The notes under the pieces are model-generated. The model was not told the DNA's origin. It saw nothing but the letters and a program-made list of their open reading frames with translations, and ran no database searches. A stretch of 64,000 nucleotides of DNA from Eledone cirrhosa. Its lineage: Eukaryota. The stretch lies in contig OZ024751.1 in NCBI GenBank assembly GCA_964016885.1, forward strand, positions 17,484,001 through 17,548,000, written 5' to 3'. Below, in pieces: positions 15,128 through 30,413 of the stretch; position 1 is the first letter of the stretch; each line of letters starts with the position of its first letter. The position numbers and the translations under genes are program-made.

Positions 15128-16479
15128 ATTGGAAATAGCACGAAAAATATATTTAAGGATCTGTTTTTCTTTTTTCATTCGTCAAAGTGTCATTAATGAA
15201 TAAAATGGGATGAATTTGTTTAAAAAATTACTTTTATAATGTTTATAAAATATACAGAATATAACCGGTTTTGATATATCAGTGTAATCCATCTTATCAA
15301 ATGTTGAATATTTCAATCAAAAACAAATTTAAAATATGAAAAATCTAAAATAAAATGTTACTTTGATGAATCGAAGAAGAAAAATAAAGAATCAGATCCA
15401 TAAATATATTTTTCGTGCTATTTCCAATTCCACATTCTCTCTATAAACCGTATGTTGTCTAGAACCTTACTCACTTTTCATATATATATATATAAATATA
15501 TATATAAACATACACAGCAGCTGAATGTTAGATACAAAAAAATAAATAAATAAAATAAAACAGACAACTACAACTCTTCAGCTCTATTCTTACAGTTTCA
15601 TACATCAAATTTTGGATTTCACTTGTATCTTTTATTCTGCCAGCAAAGAATTCAATTATTTTTGCGCACACCCATACACAAATACTCACTCATACATACA
15701 AACGCAACCCCAACCACACTCGCTTAAAACACACACATATGTAAACAAATACATTTGTCCAGCTGTTATATATTTTGACGTAACTTGGATTCCTTACAAA
15801 TAATATATCAGGAATTCTTGAACAACACATTGCATATGAAGAAAAACACACAAATATCACATTCTCTTACAGAGTGAGTTTAATTAACGAGCAATTATTG
15901 AAAATATAAAGGCTTCCAAAATTATATATTAAATCATATTCCTAGCATTTTCTCCAAAATAACAACGTCTATAATTGGAATAATGATTTCTTATTTTGGG
16001 CTCTAGGCCAGGAATTTGAGAGGGAGTTTTGTTATTGATTGAATCAATGCCAGTACGTGATCGCTACTTATTTTATCATTTCCGGAAGAATGAATGTTAA
16101 AGTTTGAAATTACAGTAGAAATTAACGGGAACCACTTAGTCGTACACGTCACCTTCATTTCTCTCACTCATTCGTATCTATATTTGCTTCAAATAACGAT
16201 TTGTAAGGCAGGCCCAATGCCAACATTATTCAATAGTGTATTCCATCCATCTCAGCATGATGATAGGTAAAGTCCAATTTTGAGGTATTTGAACTTAGAA
16301 AGTAAATGTAGATAACAAAATATTTGTTTCTTATGTAGGCAGTAGACCAGCAAATTCTGTGGGAATTGCGAAGTCGATTAAATGAGCCCCAGTATTTGGC
16401 TGGTACTTTATTTTATAGACCATGGAAGGATAGAAAATATACAGAACCTATCACGTAAATAAGTATTTTTCTCAGTCCA

Positions 16480-16850
16480 TACTAACACCAGAGAGAATAC
16501 TATCGCGGATACAAGCGGCTGAAATGGGATTCCTCCGAAGGTTATTTGGGGTAACGTTACTCGATGACGTGCGTAGCCCGGAGATTAAAGAGTCATTCCA
16601 GGTAGAGGCACTACTTCTGGGAATTGGGAGTAACACATCTGGTCAGATTTTACAAGCAAAACCAACCGGCAAGAGACTCAAGAGTAGACTCGAGCAAGAT
16701 GGTTTGATACAACCCACCAGCTTGGCTGGTCACGCTTGGGGATTCAGCCAGATCAGCTGGAGACGGTTGCTTCTGACAGGATCGGCTGGAAGAAGTGTTT
16801 GAAGACTCTGCCCACACGACCCTCTAAGTTAGAAGTAGGCAAAGAAGGAG
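16480..16850 (+). mobile_element. RTE-like LINE 3' fragment
   Basis: Translation SRIQAAEMGFLRRLFGVTLLDDVRSPEIKE resembles the RTE RT C-terminal region. A related inverted fragment is at ~17160-17345. Confidence 0.7.
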
Positions 16851-18721
16851 AAGATACTAACACCCCGATAATAAATTGACATAATATTCATGACTACTAT
16901 CTGAGGGACAAAGTGGGACATTTAATAGTTTGGCATCGATGATGGGGAATATTATTTTCTTGAAAACAAAACGAGAACTGTCGTATATTTTCGCAGCGAC
17001 AAATAAGTGTTGGTCAAGGGATAATCTCTTTCCTCCCTTAAAGTGATCAAATCATGAAGATTTTTGTAAGACAGTAATTTCGATTGAGTTTTACTCGTGT
17101 CGCGTTTTTAGGCAATATAAATATAACTGTTGTTGTTCTTGTTCTTGTTCTCCTACTTATTCCTGGGAGGGTCGTGGGAGAAGAGTCCTCTAACACTCCT
17201 TCTAGCGGGTCCTGTCAGAAGCAACCTTTTCCATCTCAACCTGAGGGGTCCACAAGCGTGACTAATCAAGCTCATGGATGTTATCCAAATATCTTGCTGG
17301 GCTTCTACCCATGGATCTCTTGCCAGTTGCTTTTGCCAGTAAAATCTTTCCAGCTTATACATTAATTAATTGAATATATATTCTGTGCAAAAATATATAT
17401 TTAGATCAATTTAACTCACAATGCAAGGGTCAACGAGATAATAAATTGGAAACCCTGAATCCGAAGCCATATGTTTGCGAAATAAATTCCTTAACTATAA
17501 CAGACATGTCTGCTCAAATATTACAAAATATACAATGATTTCTCTTGTAGGCGAAGACCAACATTTTGTGGAGATTATATCAATCTTAGTACGGGTTTGG
17601 TACATTATTTTATCGACGCCTGAAGGACGACCGACAACTTTACCGTGGAGAAATTTGAACGCAGAAAATAAATTGACGCAGGTAAACGCTGCACAGTAAT
17701 TTGTCAGACGTTCTAACGATTATATCTATTCACCGCTCTTGTTTGAGAATAAATGCCAAAATATTGGTATCTGAAACATTATTTTTTAATTGTGTATCAG
17801 CATATTACCTTCACGGGCGTACTTTTTTTCACATTACTCTATCTGCCAGGAGTTGCGACTGGTATATAGTATCAGCAATGTAAAGACCGATGGAAACAAT
17901 GTTTCCTTCATCCGATTTTATTATTTATACACCACTCGGTAAGTAAATGAGGTCTGAGATCGCCCCTTCCTTCTTCTCTTGCATTTAAAGGGTTATTAGG
18001 TGGAAAAATACTCCACTTATACGTATTCATAGCAAATATAAACATATGAAATATCCAGCACATCATCAATTAGGATGTTTCCCGGTTAGCTTTAATAGCA
18101 ATATAAATTGAAGATGATTATTAAAGAACAAAAAATGCTGCCCTGTCCAAGAATAAAAGCCACATATTTATAATTGAAACGTATTGATAGCTAAATGTTT
18201 GAGTCAATGAAATGCAAATGGCTTCAGCAAATCTTTTGAATCCGTATTAATAGAGTGCTTTGGTAAATAGTATTTCTATAAGTGAAAGACAATGTAAATA
18301 ATGACATGGAAGGTTTTCACTAAGATATATCGAATACAACACATGGTAAAACGGCAAGTGTTTCCATTAATAACAAAAAAAGCTATTTTCGTTTCAACAA
18401 AATGAGGAACAAAGATATTCACATGTATATTATTAAAATGTAGCGTGAGGAAATACGAGAAATAACTCGAAACTATACAAATACATGATTGATATTTAGA
18501 TTTAATCACGGGGCCGAAGTATATACGACTGACTTTTTACCCTGCCAAAGGATATACATGAACATATATACGTACACACATACGCACATACATACATATA
18601 TACATACATGCATACATGCATATTCATAAAATATAAATAGAGACAGCGCAGTGACAGTTAAAGATGAAAATAAAATACAAAATAATCTCACTCTCCGTAT
18701 AGATATATAATCGTATGTATG

Positions 18722-18766
<45 letters not shown>

Positions 18767-18899
18767 ATATATAGAGATAGATAGATAGATAGATAGATAC
18801 ATATATATATATACTCGTATGTACGCGCACACACACACATATATATATATATATGCACACATTTACACACACACATATATACATATATGTATATATAAA

Positions 18900-19110
18900 G
18901 GAACGAACGACTTTTGTCAAATCGCGCCGAGGAAACAATGTTTCCATTGGTCTTTCCAATTGCCAATACTATCTATCGGTCGCAACTCCAGGTAGAAGGA
19001 GCAACATGAAAGAAAGTGTCTTGCTCAAGGGCTCAAGGATATAACGCATCGAACTGACAACTTCACGATTGCGAATCGAATTCTCTAACCACTCAGCCAC
19101 ACGCCCCCAC
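18900..19110 (-). mobile_element. SINE family B
   Basis: Match to the 11848-12065 copy. Confidence 0.8.
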
Positions 19111-19412
19111 TATATATGTGCGTGTGTAGCAAAACAAAACAAACGTGTCAGTGTATTTTAATGGATATATTCGACTCCTTTGGATATCTCTCAAAAGCCC
19201 TCTTGTGTACGTGTCCCATTATACATTGAGATTCAATTTATATGTTGCAGGTATCAGGTGAGAATTCATAATTACATTCTCACGAGGACATTTGTAAATG
19301 TATAGTCATGCTAGTGGAGTTATCAGTTTGCCAAATTTTGTTTTACGCACACACACTCAAACACACACAGGTACACACACACAAACACACACACACACAT
19401 ACACACACACAC

Positions 19413-19484
<72 letters not shown>

Positions 19485-19485
19485 G

Positions 19486-19543
<58 letters not shown>

Positions 19544-19589
19544 TATACTATATATTAATAAATGGAAACTATATTTATAAAACCATATT

Positions 19590-19655
19590 TATTGTATTAT
19601 ATATATTTCAAGGGCGACCAAGGTAAATTATGGTGCGCTTTCATCAGATAAAATA
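19590..19655 (-). ncRNA. Type I hammerhead motif in a fold-back mini-element (19555-19795)
   Basis: Near-identical to 5478-5543 on the minus strand. Followed by an inverted partial copy at 19708-19795. Confidence 0.8.
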
Positions 19656-19880
19656 CAGATTTGTTTTATAAATAAATATTGACATACCCGGAAAAAAGAC
19701 AACCTCTAATAATTTACCTTGGTCGCCTTTGAAATATATATAATAAAATAAATATGGTTTTATAAATATAGTTTCCATTTATTATTATATTGTATATTTA
19801 CTCCCCAACTGTTGAGTGCTTTATATCAGTTATAACATTTTTTCAAGCTTGTTGAATCCCAACAAATTAAATATAACCTC

Positions 19881-19961
<81 letters not shown>

Positions 19962-20074
19962 GTTATTCCGGGTTGAATCGGAAGTAACCACAGTAAGTAA
20001 AGTACTCAATACATTGCAGAGTATAAAAGTTTTAATATAGATGAGATTCTACAGGACTAGAACTGTTTCATTCT

Positions 20075-20123
20075 TTCCTGATGATTTCTAAAGAATGAAA
20101 CAGTTCTAGTCCTGTAGAATCTC
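20075..20123 (+). ncRNA. Hammerhead motif at the centre of a perfect fold-back (20028-20138)
   Basis: TTC-CTGATGA-TTTCTAAAGAAT-GAAA-CAG..CTG-TA-GAATCTC. A degenerate relative at 13987-14037 (-) supplies the full stem I, GAGATTC. Confidence 0.65.
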
Positions 20124-20134
20124 ATCTATATTAA

Positions 20135-20179
<45 letters not shown>

Positions 20180-20254
20180 TACATAAATATATACATATAT
20201 GATGGCTGCCTCCTGTTATCGAGTATGGCCATTGCACGAGAAAAAAAAAATAAT

Positions 20255-20446
20255 AACTGTTTTTACTTTTTGCACAAGGCCAGCAATTACCCCAGTGCAT
20301 TACTGGTACTTTATTTTATCGTCCCCGTAAGGATGAAAGGCAAAGTTAACCTCAGTGGGATTTGAACTCAGAATGGCAAGGGCCATCACTCTATACGTCA
20401 AAGCATGGCGTCAGACCCTCTACTGATACTGCCAATCCACCGCCCT
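20255..20446 (-). mobile_element. SINE family A
   Basis: Family match. Confidence 0.85.
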
Positions 20447-21416
20447 TATAATAATAATAACGACAATAATAATAATAGAAAAAGAAATTATACATATACA
20501 CATACACACACATACATACATACACACACCCACACCCCCACACAACTACACACACAACTACACACACATAGACACATATACACACACAATGACAATTAAC
20601 GGTGCTGCGATCGAATGTGGACATCGTTTACATAATGACAAACTATGACAATTTAACCAACAAAAAGAATGAATTATTTAGTAGTTGTCATCATAAAATG
20701 TAAGGACTTTCCAGGCAATGTACCAGTTCCAAAGAAATAAGGACAAATAACACCTTGAATATATGTAAATTTTACCTAATTGATGTAAAAATTGTAGATA
20801 TTTATATGTAATAGCATAACCTCATTGAGATTTTTGTTTTATCCTATGATTTGATTATGATAGTTCACTATTTAATTAGACATCAATTAATATATATATA
20901 CATTAGATATGTTGAGGAACTTAAAAAATCGTTGGACGAGAGAGAAAATATTCCCTCTAAGTTACAAAATGTCTTGCATTGTAAAAGAGTTATCTTCCTT
21001 TTGTTTACATTGTTCGTAAATTTTATTAGCTTGCAAAATAAAATATATAAAATATAGATTAATAAGTAATAATTAATAGTTTAATAATGCATAGACTATC
21101 ATTAAACTTAAACTATATATATTAGAATAATTAAGTATTGAAGTAAATATAACCTTTCATTAAGTGAAATAAAGTTTATGGAGATTAAATATAACCACAT
21201 GTAGATTTTAAAAAATAAATGAAAATAAAATAACGTTTCACATAAAGTGAATTTTTGAATTAATTTAGATGATAAATAAACAAAATATATGATATATTGA
21301 TGTGGATATATGCATTTTTAATACATTTTAATACATATTTAATAGATATTTAATAAACATTAAGGCTATATTCTTTTTGATATATTGGTATTTTATATCA
21401 TATATACACAATGTAA

Positions 21417-21760
21417 TGAAGGCGCATGGCTCAGCGATTAGAACGTTGGGCTTACAATCTTGAGGTTCTCAGCTCGATTCCCGGACCGAGCAGTGTGTTG
21501 TGTTGTTTCCTTGAGCAAAGCAATTTATTTCACATTAATTCAGTTTACTCAGCTGTAGAAATGAGTTGCTATGTCACTGGTGCCAAGTTTTATCAACATT
21601 TGCCATTCCCTTGGACGAGATCAATGGCATAGAGAGGGGACACTGATATACATGGGCGACAACTCGTCTTCCTCAGACAACTTTCTCCGGATTTGTGCAT
21701 CGGATGGGGAACTTTCTACGTGCAAATCCCATGGAAATGTCTATGTGCTAATCTCTTTAC
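21417..21760 (+). mobile_element. tRNA-derived SINE with family-B-like head and a different body
   Basis: GGCGCATGGCTCAGCGATTAG...CTCGATTCCCGGACC, then TCCTTGAGCAAAGC. The 3' part is unrelated to family B. Confidence 0.65.
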
Positions 21761-22841
21761 GCTTACCCAAGTCATTTCTCTTCTAGAAATTTCGAAGGAT
21801 TTAGTAACTTAACTATCTTTCTCACTATTAATTTGGTATTGGTCATTTTAGCAGTTTCATCTTTATACAAATGTCTAGTCGACTGGTCGGCGACTAAACG
21901 GGCTCCCTCAAAAGACCCTGTTTTGGTGAGGAGGATAAGTGGAATCCCAGCAGCACCAGAAGCACCAGAAACCCAGCAGCATCAGAAACAAGAGCTATGA
22001 AAAGGGTGGATGACTCCCTCAGAATCAGAGGCCATCCACCCCATAGTTGGGATAAAGAGCTTCACCAACCCGCAATTGTCCAAGAGTGGTGAATACGGCT
22101 ACACCTCACAAGACTGACCAAAACCATACAGAATCGGTGAAAGTCAACCAGTCAACCAGTGAGGGATTCCTCCAACAGGAGTGAGAAGGTTCTGGATTGG
22201 ATTGCATTGGACTTTCAACAAGGAGTAAAATATTATAATTTCCACTTCTTTGTCGAAAAAAAACAGTTAAATAAAATCAAGAACTACATAAAAATGAATG
22301 ACAGAATAACCACCAACAGCCATTCATCCATAAAACAATACACAGAGCAGATTGACAACGAACTGTAAAATAAATCTAAGTGTACAATTTGTCAAATAGG
22401 AAATCTTATATAGAAAAAATGTCCTTCATGTAAACACACGCATACACACACACAATATATATATATAGATACGCGTGTATATTTATATATATATATATAT
22501 ATATATCATATACATTTAATTGTAAAACACGAACTTGCTATATTAAATTCAGTGTTCGAGAGAGAAAGAGAGGGGAAAGAGAGGGGAAAAGGGGAAAGAG
22601 AGGGAGAAAAACAGAGCAAGTGAAAGAGAGAACATGTCCAGCGAACCATGACAAAAATGGTTTCTTACAATACCAACATTTCGACAAATAAGATTTACGC
22701 TCTAATGAATTTCACAAGAACAAGAAATTTTGATTAACAGGAAAAAAATTTGCGTGAAAAACAAAGAAACTTTGCCTAGAAATAAGTTCATATATAAAAC
22801 TAAGGCACAAACTACTGAGACAATGACGATATCCTGAACAG

Positions 22842-22902
<61 letters not shown>

Positions 22903-23069
22903 CACACACACGCATATATATACACACACACACACATATATATATACACACACATATATATATATATATACACACATACGCATATATATATACACACACA
23001 CGTATATATATATACACACACACATATATACATACACACACATATATATGGACACACACACACATATAT

Positions 23070-23101
<32 letters not shown>

Positions 23102-23105
<4 letters not shown>

Positions 23106-23263
23106 CGGAGGAAATGTGGTAAGGAACCAGGTGGACCATAACGCACCAAAGTACTCAATACTTAGGGTAGTAGAGTGGGTAATAGGAACGAGTAGGACCC
23201 CGACGGCTGAGCTCAAGCCGTTTCGAAACGGCTTGAGCTCACCCGTCGGGTCCTACTCGTTCC

Positions 23264-23266
<3 letters not shown>
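23102..23266. mobile_element. Fold-back mini-element in (TA)n, same family as 57703-57969
   Basis: 80-nt unique end plus a spacerless hairpin 23182-23266 centred on TTTCGAAA. Confidence 0.75.
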
Positions 23267-23289
<23 letters not shown>

Positions 23290-23294
<5 letters not shown>

Positions 23295-23745
23295 TGTTAT
23301 ACTTGGGGAGGGTCATATTTGATTTGTGTAATAATATTGGCAGAATAAATAACAGAACACACTCACTGTTTGGTTGGTTTTCGCTTTTGTGCCTTTTATA
23401 TCGGTTAATTTAATTTATTCGGTCCTCAATGTTGCCATTGACTGACCAACGGACAAAAATACAGATACAATATAGACAATAAAGTTCTTTCGTTGCACAT
23501 CTGCAACATTGTCAGTGGTGCTCCTATGTTTCTTCCCGTTGCATTGTATGCCTACGCCATCTTTATTTAGTCTGTTCATTTGTTTTGTTTTTTTTTGTCT
23601 TCTCTGCGCATGCGTTTGCGTGTGTGTATAGTGTTTTGTTTGATGAGTGTTCGTGTTTGGGTGACTGTGTATTGGTTATTGTATTCAATCTTAGTTTACT
23701 ATGTGTGTTTATATATGTTTGTTGATATTGTGCGTGTGTATGTAT

Positions 23746-23776
<31 letters not shown>

Positions 23777-24045
23777 TACTTCTCTTAGGTCAGTGTTGTT
23801 TGTTTGGGTGTTGTTGTTATTCCATTCATTTTTTCTGTTTAGCCTTGGCCTTCTAAGTTCTATTTGGCTGGCCTCTCTGATTTGTCTATCTGCTGGGTCA
23901 TTTCTATGTTTAGATATTATTCTAATTTCTATGTTGTCTATATTACCGTTGTGTTGTTGTCTGGCATGTTCGTATAGTACTGAACCGTTTTTTCTTGTTT
24001 CGACACACGATATCATATCAAAAACCTCGCAAAACTAATTCTTCG
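23290..24045 (-). mobile_element. Penelope-like element 3' remnant
   Basis: ORF 23774-24016: [38 protein letters not shown] resembles a PLE GIY-YIG C-terminus. Degenerate hammerhead at ~23477-23520 (CTGACAA, GTTGCA/TGCAAC, GAAA). Confidence 0.6.
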
Positions 24046-24313
24046 CCGTTATATATACACAGACATATATATATATATATACACATATATATATATACAT
24101 ATATATATATGCACACATATATATATGCACATATATATATATATATGTATATATATATACATATATACACACACATATATATATATATATACGGGTATAC
24201 ACACACATATATATACACACACATATATATACACACACATATATATATATAATTACACACATTTGTATATATATATATATATATACACACACACATATAT
24301 ATATATATACACG

Positions 24314-24357
<44 letters not shown>

Positions 24358-24662
24358 TATATGTAAAAGGTAAACAGAAATAACAACACAATCGGTACAG
24401 TATATTGAAGCTATATATTAGATTAACGCTTGATATGGCAGGAAGAGGGTCTCAACGTTTCGGACGAGACGGCTGAGAAGAATGTAGTAGAGGAAAAGTG
24501 GTAGAGAGTCGTGGAATATTTAAAAGCAAGGAGCAAAGAAAATGTCGAAGACGCGAAAGATTTCCTGGTCGAAGTTCAGGTGTTCTCCGGGTTGGTATCC
24601 AGTTTCGAGATGAAAGTCCAATCACAAAAATCCAACGAATTTTGAGAGGTCTACGTAAGCGT

Positions 24663-24746
<84 letters not shown>

Positions 24747-26072
24747 GTATGTAAAAGGTAAACAGAAATAACAAGACAATCGGTACAGTATATGGATAGT
24801 ATATATTAGGTTAACGCTTGATATAGCATGAAGATGGTCTTAACATTTCAGACTAGTTTTGGTTTTACTATATATATATGTGCGTGTATGCATGTGTAAG
24901 TACGTATATGGATGCGTGTATGTTTTTATTTAATTTTAATTACCTCTGTATTTTATTTACTTTATTCTTAACTCTGAAGCCGAGGATCATTCGGTTTCCT
25001 AGTTAAAATTTTAGTCTACGACTTCAGTTATACAATTTACGTGGTTTTGTCTTTGCGTGCAATTGTTCTCCACGCTCCACACATGACGTATTATCTTCGT
25101 TTTTTCCGTTCATTGCCAGAGAACGTCTCTATGAACCACCTAAGAGAATATTAGTCTACGACTTCTTTTATACCATAAACGTGGTTTTGTCTGTGCGTGT
25201 AATTGTTTTTCACCGCTCCAAATAATGACGTATTATATTCGTTTTTCCCCGTTCTTTGCCAGGGAACGTTTCCACGAACAAAAGTATCGTCTTCCTGTCT
25301 TCCTCCGGTTGCAACGTTTTTTGAAATATTCACTTCTGCGTTTACAGATTGGCTTTGTTAGTTTCAGAAGATCCTGTTAAGTGTGAAAGCAGCGATTCTT
25401 TGCTTAAACTTTAATCTGTTATTTTAATAAATATTTGCTCTACGGTTCTTATATATTTGATATATATTTATCCTTATCTGGATTTTATCCTCTTTGGATT
25501 TTAGTCTTCGAATTTATTATTATTACTATATATATATATATATATATATACTACTCTGGAAGAAATCCGCTGTGATCAGAATCCAAGAGTGGATGGTCTA
25601 CAACAGATTAACCTTTTAATGTTCAAACCAGCCAAAACCAGCCACAATTATCTACCTTTTTCTGTTGAAACTGACTGTAACTGATCACTAAAACTGATGT
25701 TAAGGTATTGTTCTCAAAATAAATACTTTCAAAATCTCATATATTCGATATTGTGTGAGATAATTATGTGAAGTAAAGCCTTTACCATGAACATATAAGA
25801 GTATATATAGAGTAATGTGAATGCTAAAGGGTTAAAGTTCTCTAGACACGCCATGTGCCAAGACGGCGTCCCAACTACACCATCAGTATTGTTACGTGTC
25901 CATACATATACATAATCTACTCCACAAACTTTCTCATGATATTACATTGGTTAGTCTGTTATTCCTAAATATACGAGTAATATTACACCCAGTAATTACA
26001 TACAAAATAAGTCTACTATCTACGAATATTGTTTGGTATCACAATTACAAAATATTACTTTTAAAACAAATA

Positions 26073-26668
26073 TAATTGTTTATACTTTTGGCACAAGGCC
26101 AGCAATTATCCGTGTACATTACTGGGACTTTATTTTTTCGACCCTGTAAGGATGAAAGGCAAAGTTAACCTCGGCAGAATTTGAACTTAGGTCGTAAAGG
26201 GACGCAACTCGATGCTGCAAAGTGTGGCGTTCGATCCTCCACCGATACTGCCAAACCACGGAACAAATATAATGATTTGTTATATAGGCACAAGGCCAGT
26301 AATTTGGGGGGAGGGGAAAGTCGATTAAATCGACCCCAGTACATTACGAGTACTTTATGTTATCGACCCCGTAAGGATGAAAGGCAAAGTTAACCTCGGC
26401 AGGATTTGAACTCAAACCGTAAATGGCCGTAACTCTATGCTGTAAAGCATGGCGTCCGACCCTCTACCGATACTGCCAATTCACCGAAATATAATTAGTT
26501 CTAGTTTTGGCACAATGTCAGCAATTATCCAGTACATTACTGGTACTTTATTTTATCGACCCCGTAAGGGTTAACCTTGGCGGGATTTGAACTCAAACCG
26601 TAAAGGGCTGTAACTCTATGCTGCAAAGTAAGGCGCCCGACCCTCTACCGGTACTGCCAATCAACCAC
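26073..26668 (-). mobile_element. Three tandem SINE family A copies
   Basis: Units at ~26073-26258, 26268-26485 and 26490-26668. Confidence 0.85.
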
Positions 26669-28109
26669 CGATATATAATTATGATTAATCACCACCAATA
26701 TATTTTCCAGTCATTCCAGAACTATCTTAAACAATACTAACCATAATATATCTTGCATGATGTGGCTATTCTTAAAACTGTTATTAACTCCACTGCCAAT
26801 AAATGCATTTGGTCTATACAGTAAACACGTGCTAACGAAAGCAAGTATCTTGCCAAGAAATTAGTATAACAGCTCTCATGAATGCTAATTCATTTTCGTT
26901 ATCTTAGATCAGACATGCCGCGAATGCTTTCAATTACATTGGAAGAAGATAGTATCTAAATCTTTATCTTCTTATATCTTACATCTAAAGACGTGAACCA
27001 TAGCCTTCGACAATGTATAAAATCTTATATAACTCCAAGCAACATATCTATAATAAACGACTATGTCTTCGACCAAGCACTCTTGTGAGATGTGTTCCTC
27101 CACCCCGAAGCCAAATATAAGATGCAATTACAGAGAGAGTGATAATGCTTTGTAAGATTCCTGATGTGAAATCGTGTGTTGCAACAGATATTATTGTATT
27201 TACAGTTGGTTATGTTGCCAATATTGCGAATAGAAAAGCACTCAAACTCTTTGATCTTCACTTCAGCTTTATTATTAGTTTTAAATTAAATAGACAATGT
27301 TCTGTCGTAACGCATTCTGTGACCTCGTCAATAACTATTTGTCCTACTCTGTGCCTCCTCTTATTTCTGGTCATTTTTTCCATCTTGACACGATACCCCA
27401 TCCTCTCACTTTCTGCATGTATATATATATATAAAATTACAATTTTATTTCTAGCCCTAGCATACTATATATATATATATTATAAGTACAGATTAAGGTT
27501 TTGGCAAAAAAATCGCTGCTTTCACCCTTTTACGGGATCTTCTGAGATATTTAGTCTACGTTTTTTTTTTACATATATATGTATGTGTGTGTGTGTGTGC
27601 GTGCGCGTGTGTAATCCTTATCGAGCCCTCTTCGGATTTTACTCTTCACATTTATATATATATATACACATGGCCTCAGCCGGATGGCTGAAACAGGTAA
27701 AAGAGTATACTTTAAGGAAAGAAGAATGTAGATATATGTATTAGTTCCGAGTACAAATCACGCCTAGTTCAATTTCCCGATACCAAAGAGTACTAATCTA
27801 GTATTGGGGTTTGTTTTTTTTCTATATATATATATATATGTTTCTCACTTCTTCTCTATCACCTCCCACCCCCGCCTCTCATTCTCTGGAAAAAATCGAC
27901 TGTCCTCCGAACTGGAGAGTGGTTGGGCTCGTCTAGTTTTTAAACACCCTAGAATCGCTCCGTATGTCAGAACGCCCCAGTACGACTACATCGGCAATTA
28001 CGAGTCCATATATGCATACATTTACGTGAGAATATACCAACATAATACGATACATGTTCCATTCTTTTAACGTGTGTTACAAATATCATTGAAATACTAA
28101 AATTAGTTG

Positions 28110-28322
28110 TTGATAAAATAAAGTACCAGTAATGTACTGCTTAATTGCTGGTCTTGTGCCAAAAGTAGAAATAATTATTAGTTCTTTATGTTATAAATCC
28201 CGTAATGATGAAAGGCAAAGTTAACCTCGGTTGGGATTTCAACTCAGACCGTAGAGGGCCGTAACTCTAGGCTGCCAAGCATAGCGTCCGGCCCTCTACT
28301 GATACTGCCAATTCAACGCCCT
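28110..28322 (-). mobile_element. Rearranged SINE family A
   Basis: The 3' part is in + orientation (28110-28178), joined to a 5' part in - orientation. Confidence 0.7.
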
Positions 28323-28499
28323 ATCGTGTATGTGATGCTGATTTCTCTGAATTTTACGAAGGGCTAGGGGAATTAATTTAATATACACAATGGTGTGCTT
28401 ATGCAATGAGATGCTATAAATTTGGTCATAGAATACAATGAAGACTCTTAAAGACCGAAAATGTTGATGGCGACTTCTTTAATTTATCTTATAACACAA

Positions 28500-29605
28500 T
28501 CTATATATATAAAGCTGTGGTCGTCTGTCTGTCTATCGATTTTTGGCACACATCTCCTCTTAGAATCTCTGACGGAATTGCACCGAAATTGCTATACTTG
28601 TACATTGAGCCCTAGCGAAGACATCGGAAAAAAAATATTTCAAATTGACCCACTCTATGTGACGAAATCGAATCTAATCTATATATATAAAGCTGTGGTT
28701 GTCTGTCTGCCTATCGATATTTGGCACACATCTCCTCTTAGAATCTCTGACGGAATTGCATCGAAATTGCTATACTTGTACATTGAGCCCTAGCGAAGAC
28801 ATCGGAAAAAAAATATTTCAAATTGACCCAATCTATGTGACGAAATCGAATCTAATGTATCGATTTTTGAGCGTAAGTGACGAGTTATTTCCCTTTGTTC
28901 TGTTTACATTGAGCGTCTTACGTAAAAAATTACGCTGGCTTTCTCAGCGTTTAAAATGATATTAACACAATACGCGAACAGTTGTCGAGCCAGCAAAATA
29001 TTGACCTGCAAAATTCATCAGTTCGAACACTAAGCTTCCGTTTTGCTTCATTTCCATTTAAAAGCCTTTTAAAACAATATTTTTACTTGAAAACATGTCT
29101 ATTTAAGGACTACGTAAAACAAGCAAATATTTCGTAAAAAAAAGCAAAAATTATATAAGTTTATTTAAAATATATGTATCTGTAAATTTCGTTAGGCGTG
29201 CAGACAGACAGTCGTGCAGACAGATAGTCGTGCAGAGAGGTGATATACGCGGGCAGACAGACAGTCGTGCAGAGAGGTGATATAGGCGTGCAGACAGACA
29301 TAACTGATAATTTGGTTACGCTAATGTTTTTCTCTGCGTTGCAGTGTTTACATTTTCGATCTTTGTTAATAAATAACCAGTGCAGTTTTTATCCCCAGCA
29401 TCCTCTTTTGTTATAACATTCGGGTTATCGTTATGTTTTCTTAACTTCATAAGGCATATTGTTGGTTGAGGGAATATTAATCAAAAACACCACATGCAAG
29501 TCTGCACAGTAGACACTACAGTTTTTAAGCCAAAAAAGAAACTTAACATTGTAACTTTAACACAGCTACTGAGCGACCCCGAGCAACGCCGGGTTTTACT
29601 GCTAG
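28500..29605 (+). mobile_element. Non-autonomous Helitron
   Basis: A|TCTATATATATAAAG 5' end, subterminal hairpin CCCGAGCAACGCCGGG, CTAG|T 3' end. The 5' 178 bp is tandemly duplicated, and internal GTGCAGACAGACA repeats lie at 29195-29300. Confidence 0.85.
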
Positions 29606-30002
29606 TGTTTAATAAAACTGATAATGACTTTCGCAAATCGGCTCAGACGCCTTGATAAATTATTGAAATACAGTGTATTTCATAGGAAATATGCTCAAGG
29701 AAATGTTAATCATAAACATTGGATATATATAAATACTTATTGTTACATATTTTAATATTTGAGTATTTTCGTCAGTTTTTTTTTCTATATTCTTCCGTTG
29801 CTAATAAGTGATCACTTTATGACAGTTGGAACTATATATTCTAACACGAATGTTTCTTTACATATGTAATCACATCAATTTTCTTTTCTCTTTGTTTGAA
29901 TAATTGATTATGAGTGAATTTATATACATATATATATACACTCTTTTACCTGTTCCAGCCATCAGGCTGAGGCCATGCTGGGGCACCACACTAGGAGATT
30001 AT

Positions 30003-30106
<104 letters not shown>

Positions 30107-30109
30107 ATT

Positions 30110-30210
<101 letters not shown>

Positions 30211-30368
30211 ATACTTTGGGAGGGTCATGTTGCCAATAAGAAACACACGCACCAGTTGCTTTCACTTCAATTTATTATATATTTATAAATTTATAAATTT
30301 ACAAATCTACAAATTTATAAATTTCTGGTTGGTTGGTTGGTTCCACAACCAGATAGTTGTTTATATAT

Positions 30369-30413
30369 AGTCATAGTCCTTTCGCCACACACTATGTAAC
30401 CTCTTCAGTGACT
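30369..30413 (-). ncRNA. Minimal type I hammerhead motif
   Basis: Minus strand: AGTCA-CTGAAGA-G-GTTACAT AGT GTGTGGC-GAAA-GGAC-TA-TGACT, inside a ~275-bp element (30205-30480) flanked by (TA)n. Confidence 0.7.

Noticed and set aside
27139-27744. 201-aa hydrophobic ORF as a possible upstream GPCR exon
   Set aside because: No class A GPCR motifs, and it runs through microsatellite and a known repeat.
29195-29300. Short spaced repeats resembling a CRISPR array
   Set aside because: Minisatellite inside a Helitron, in a eukaryotic context, with no unique spacers or cas genes.
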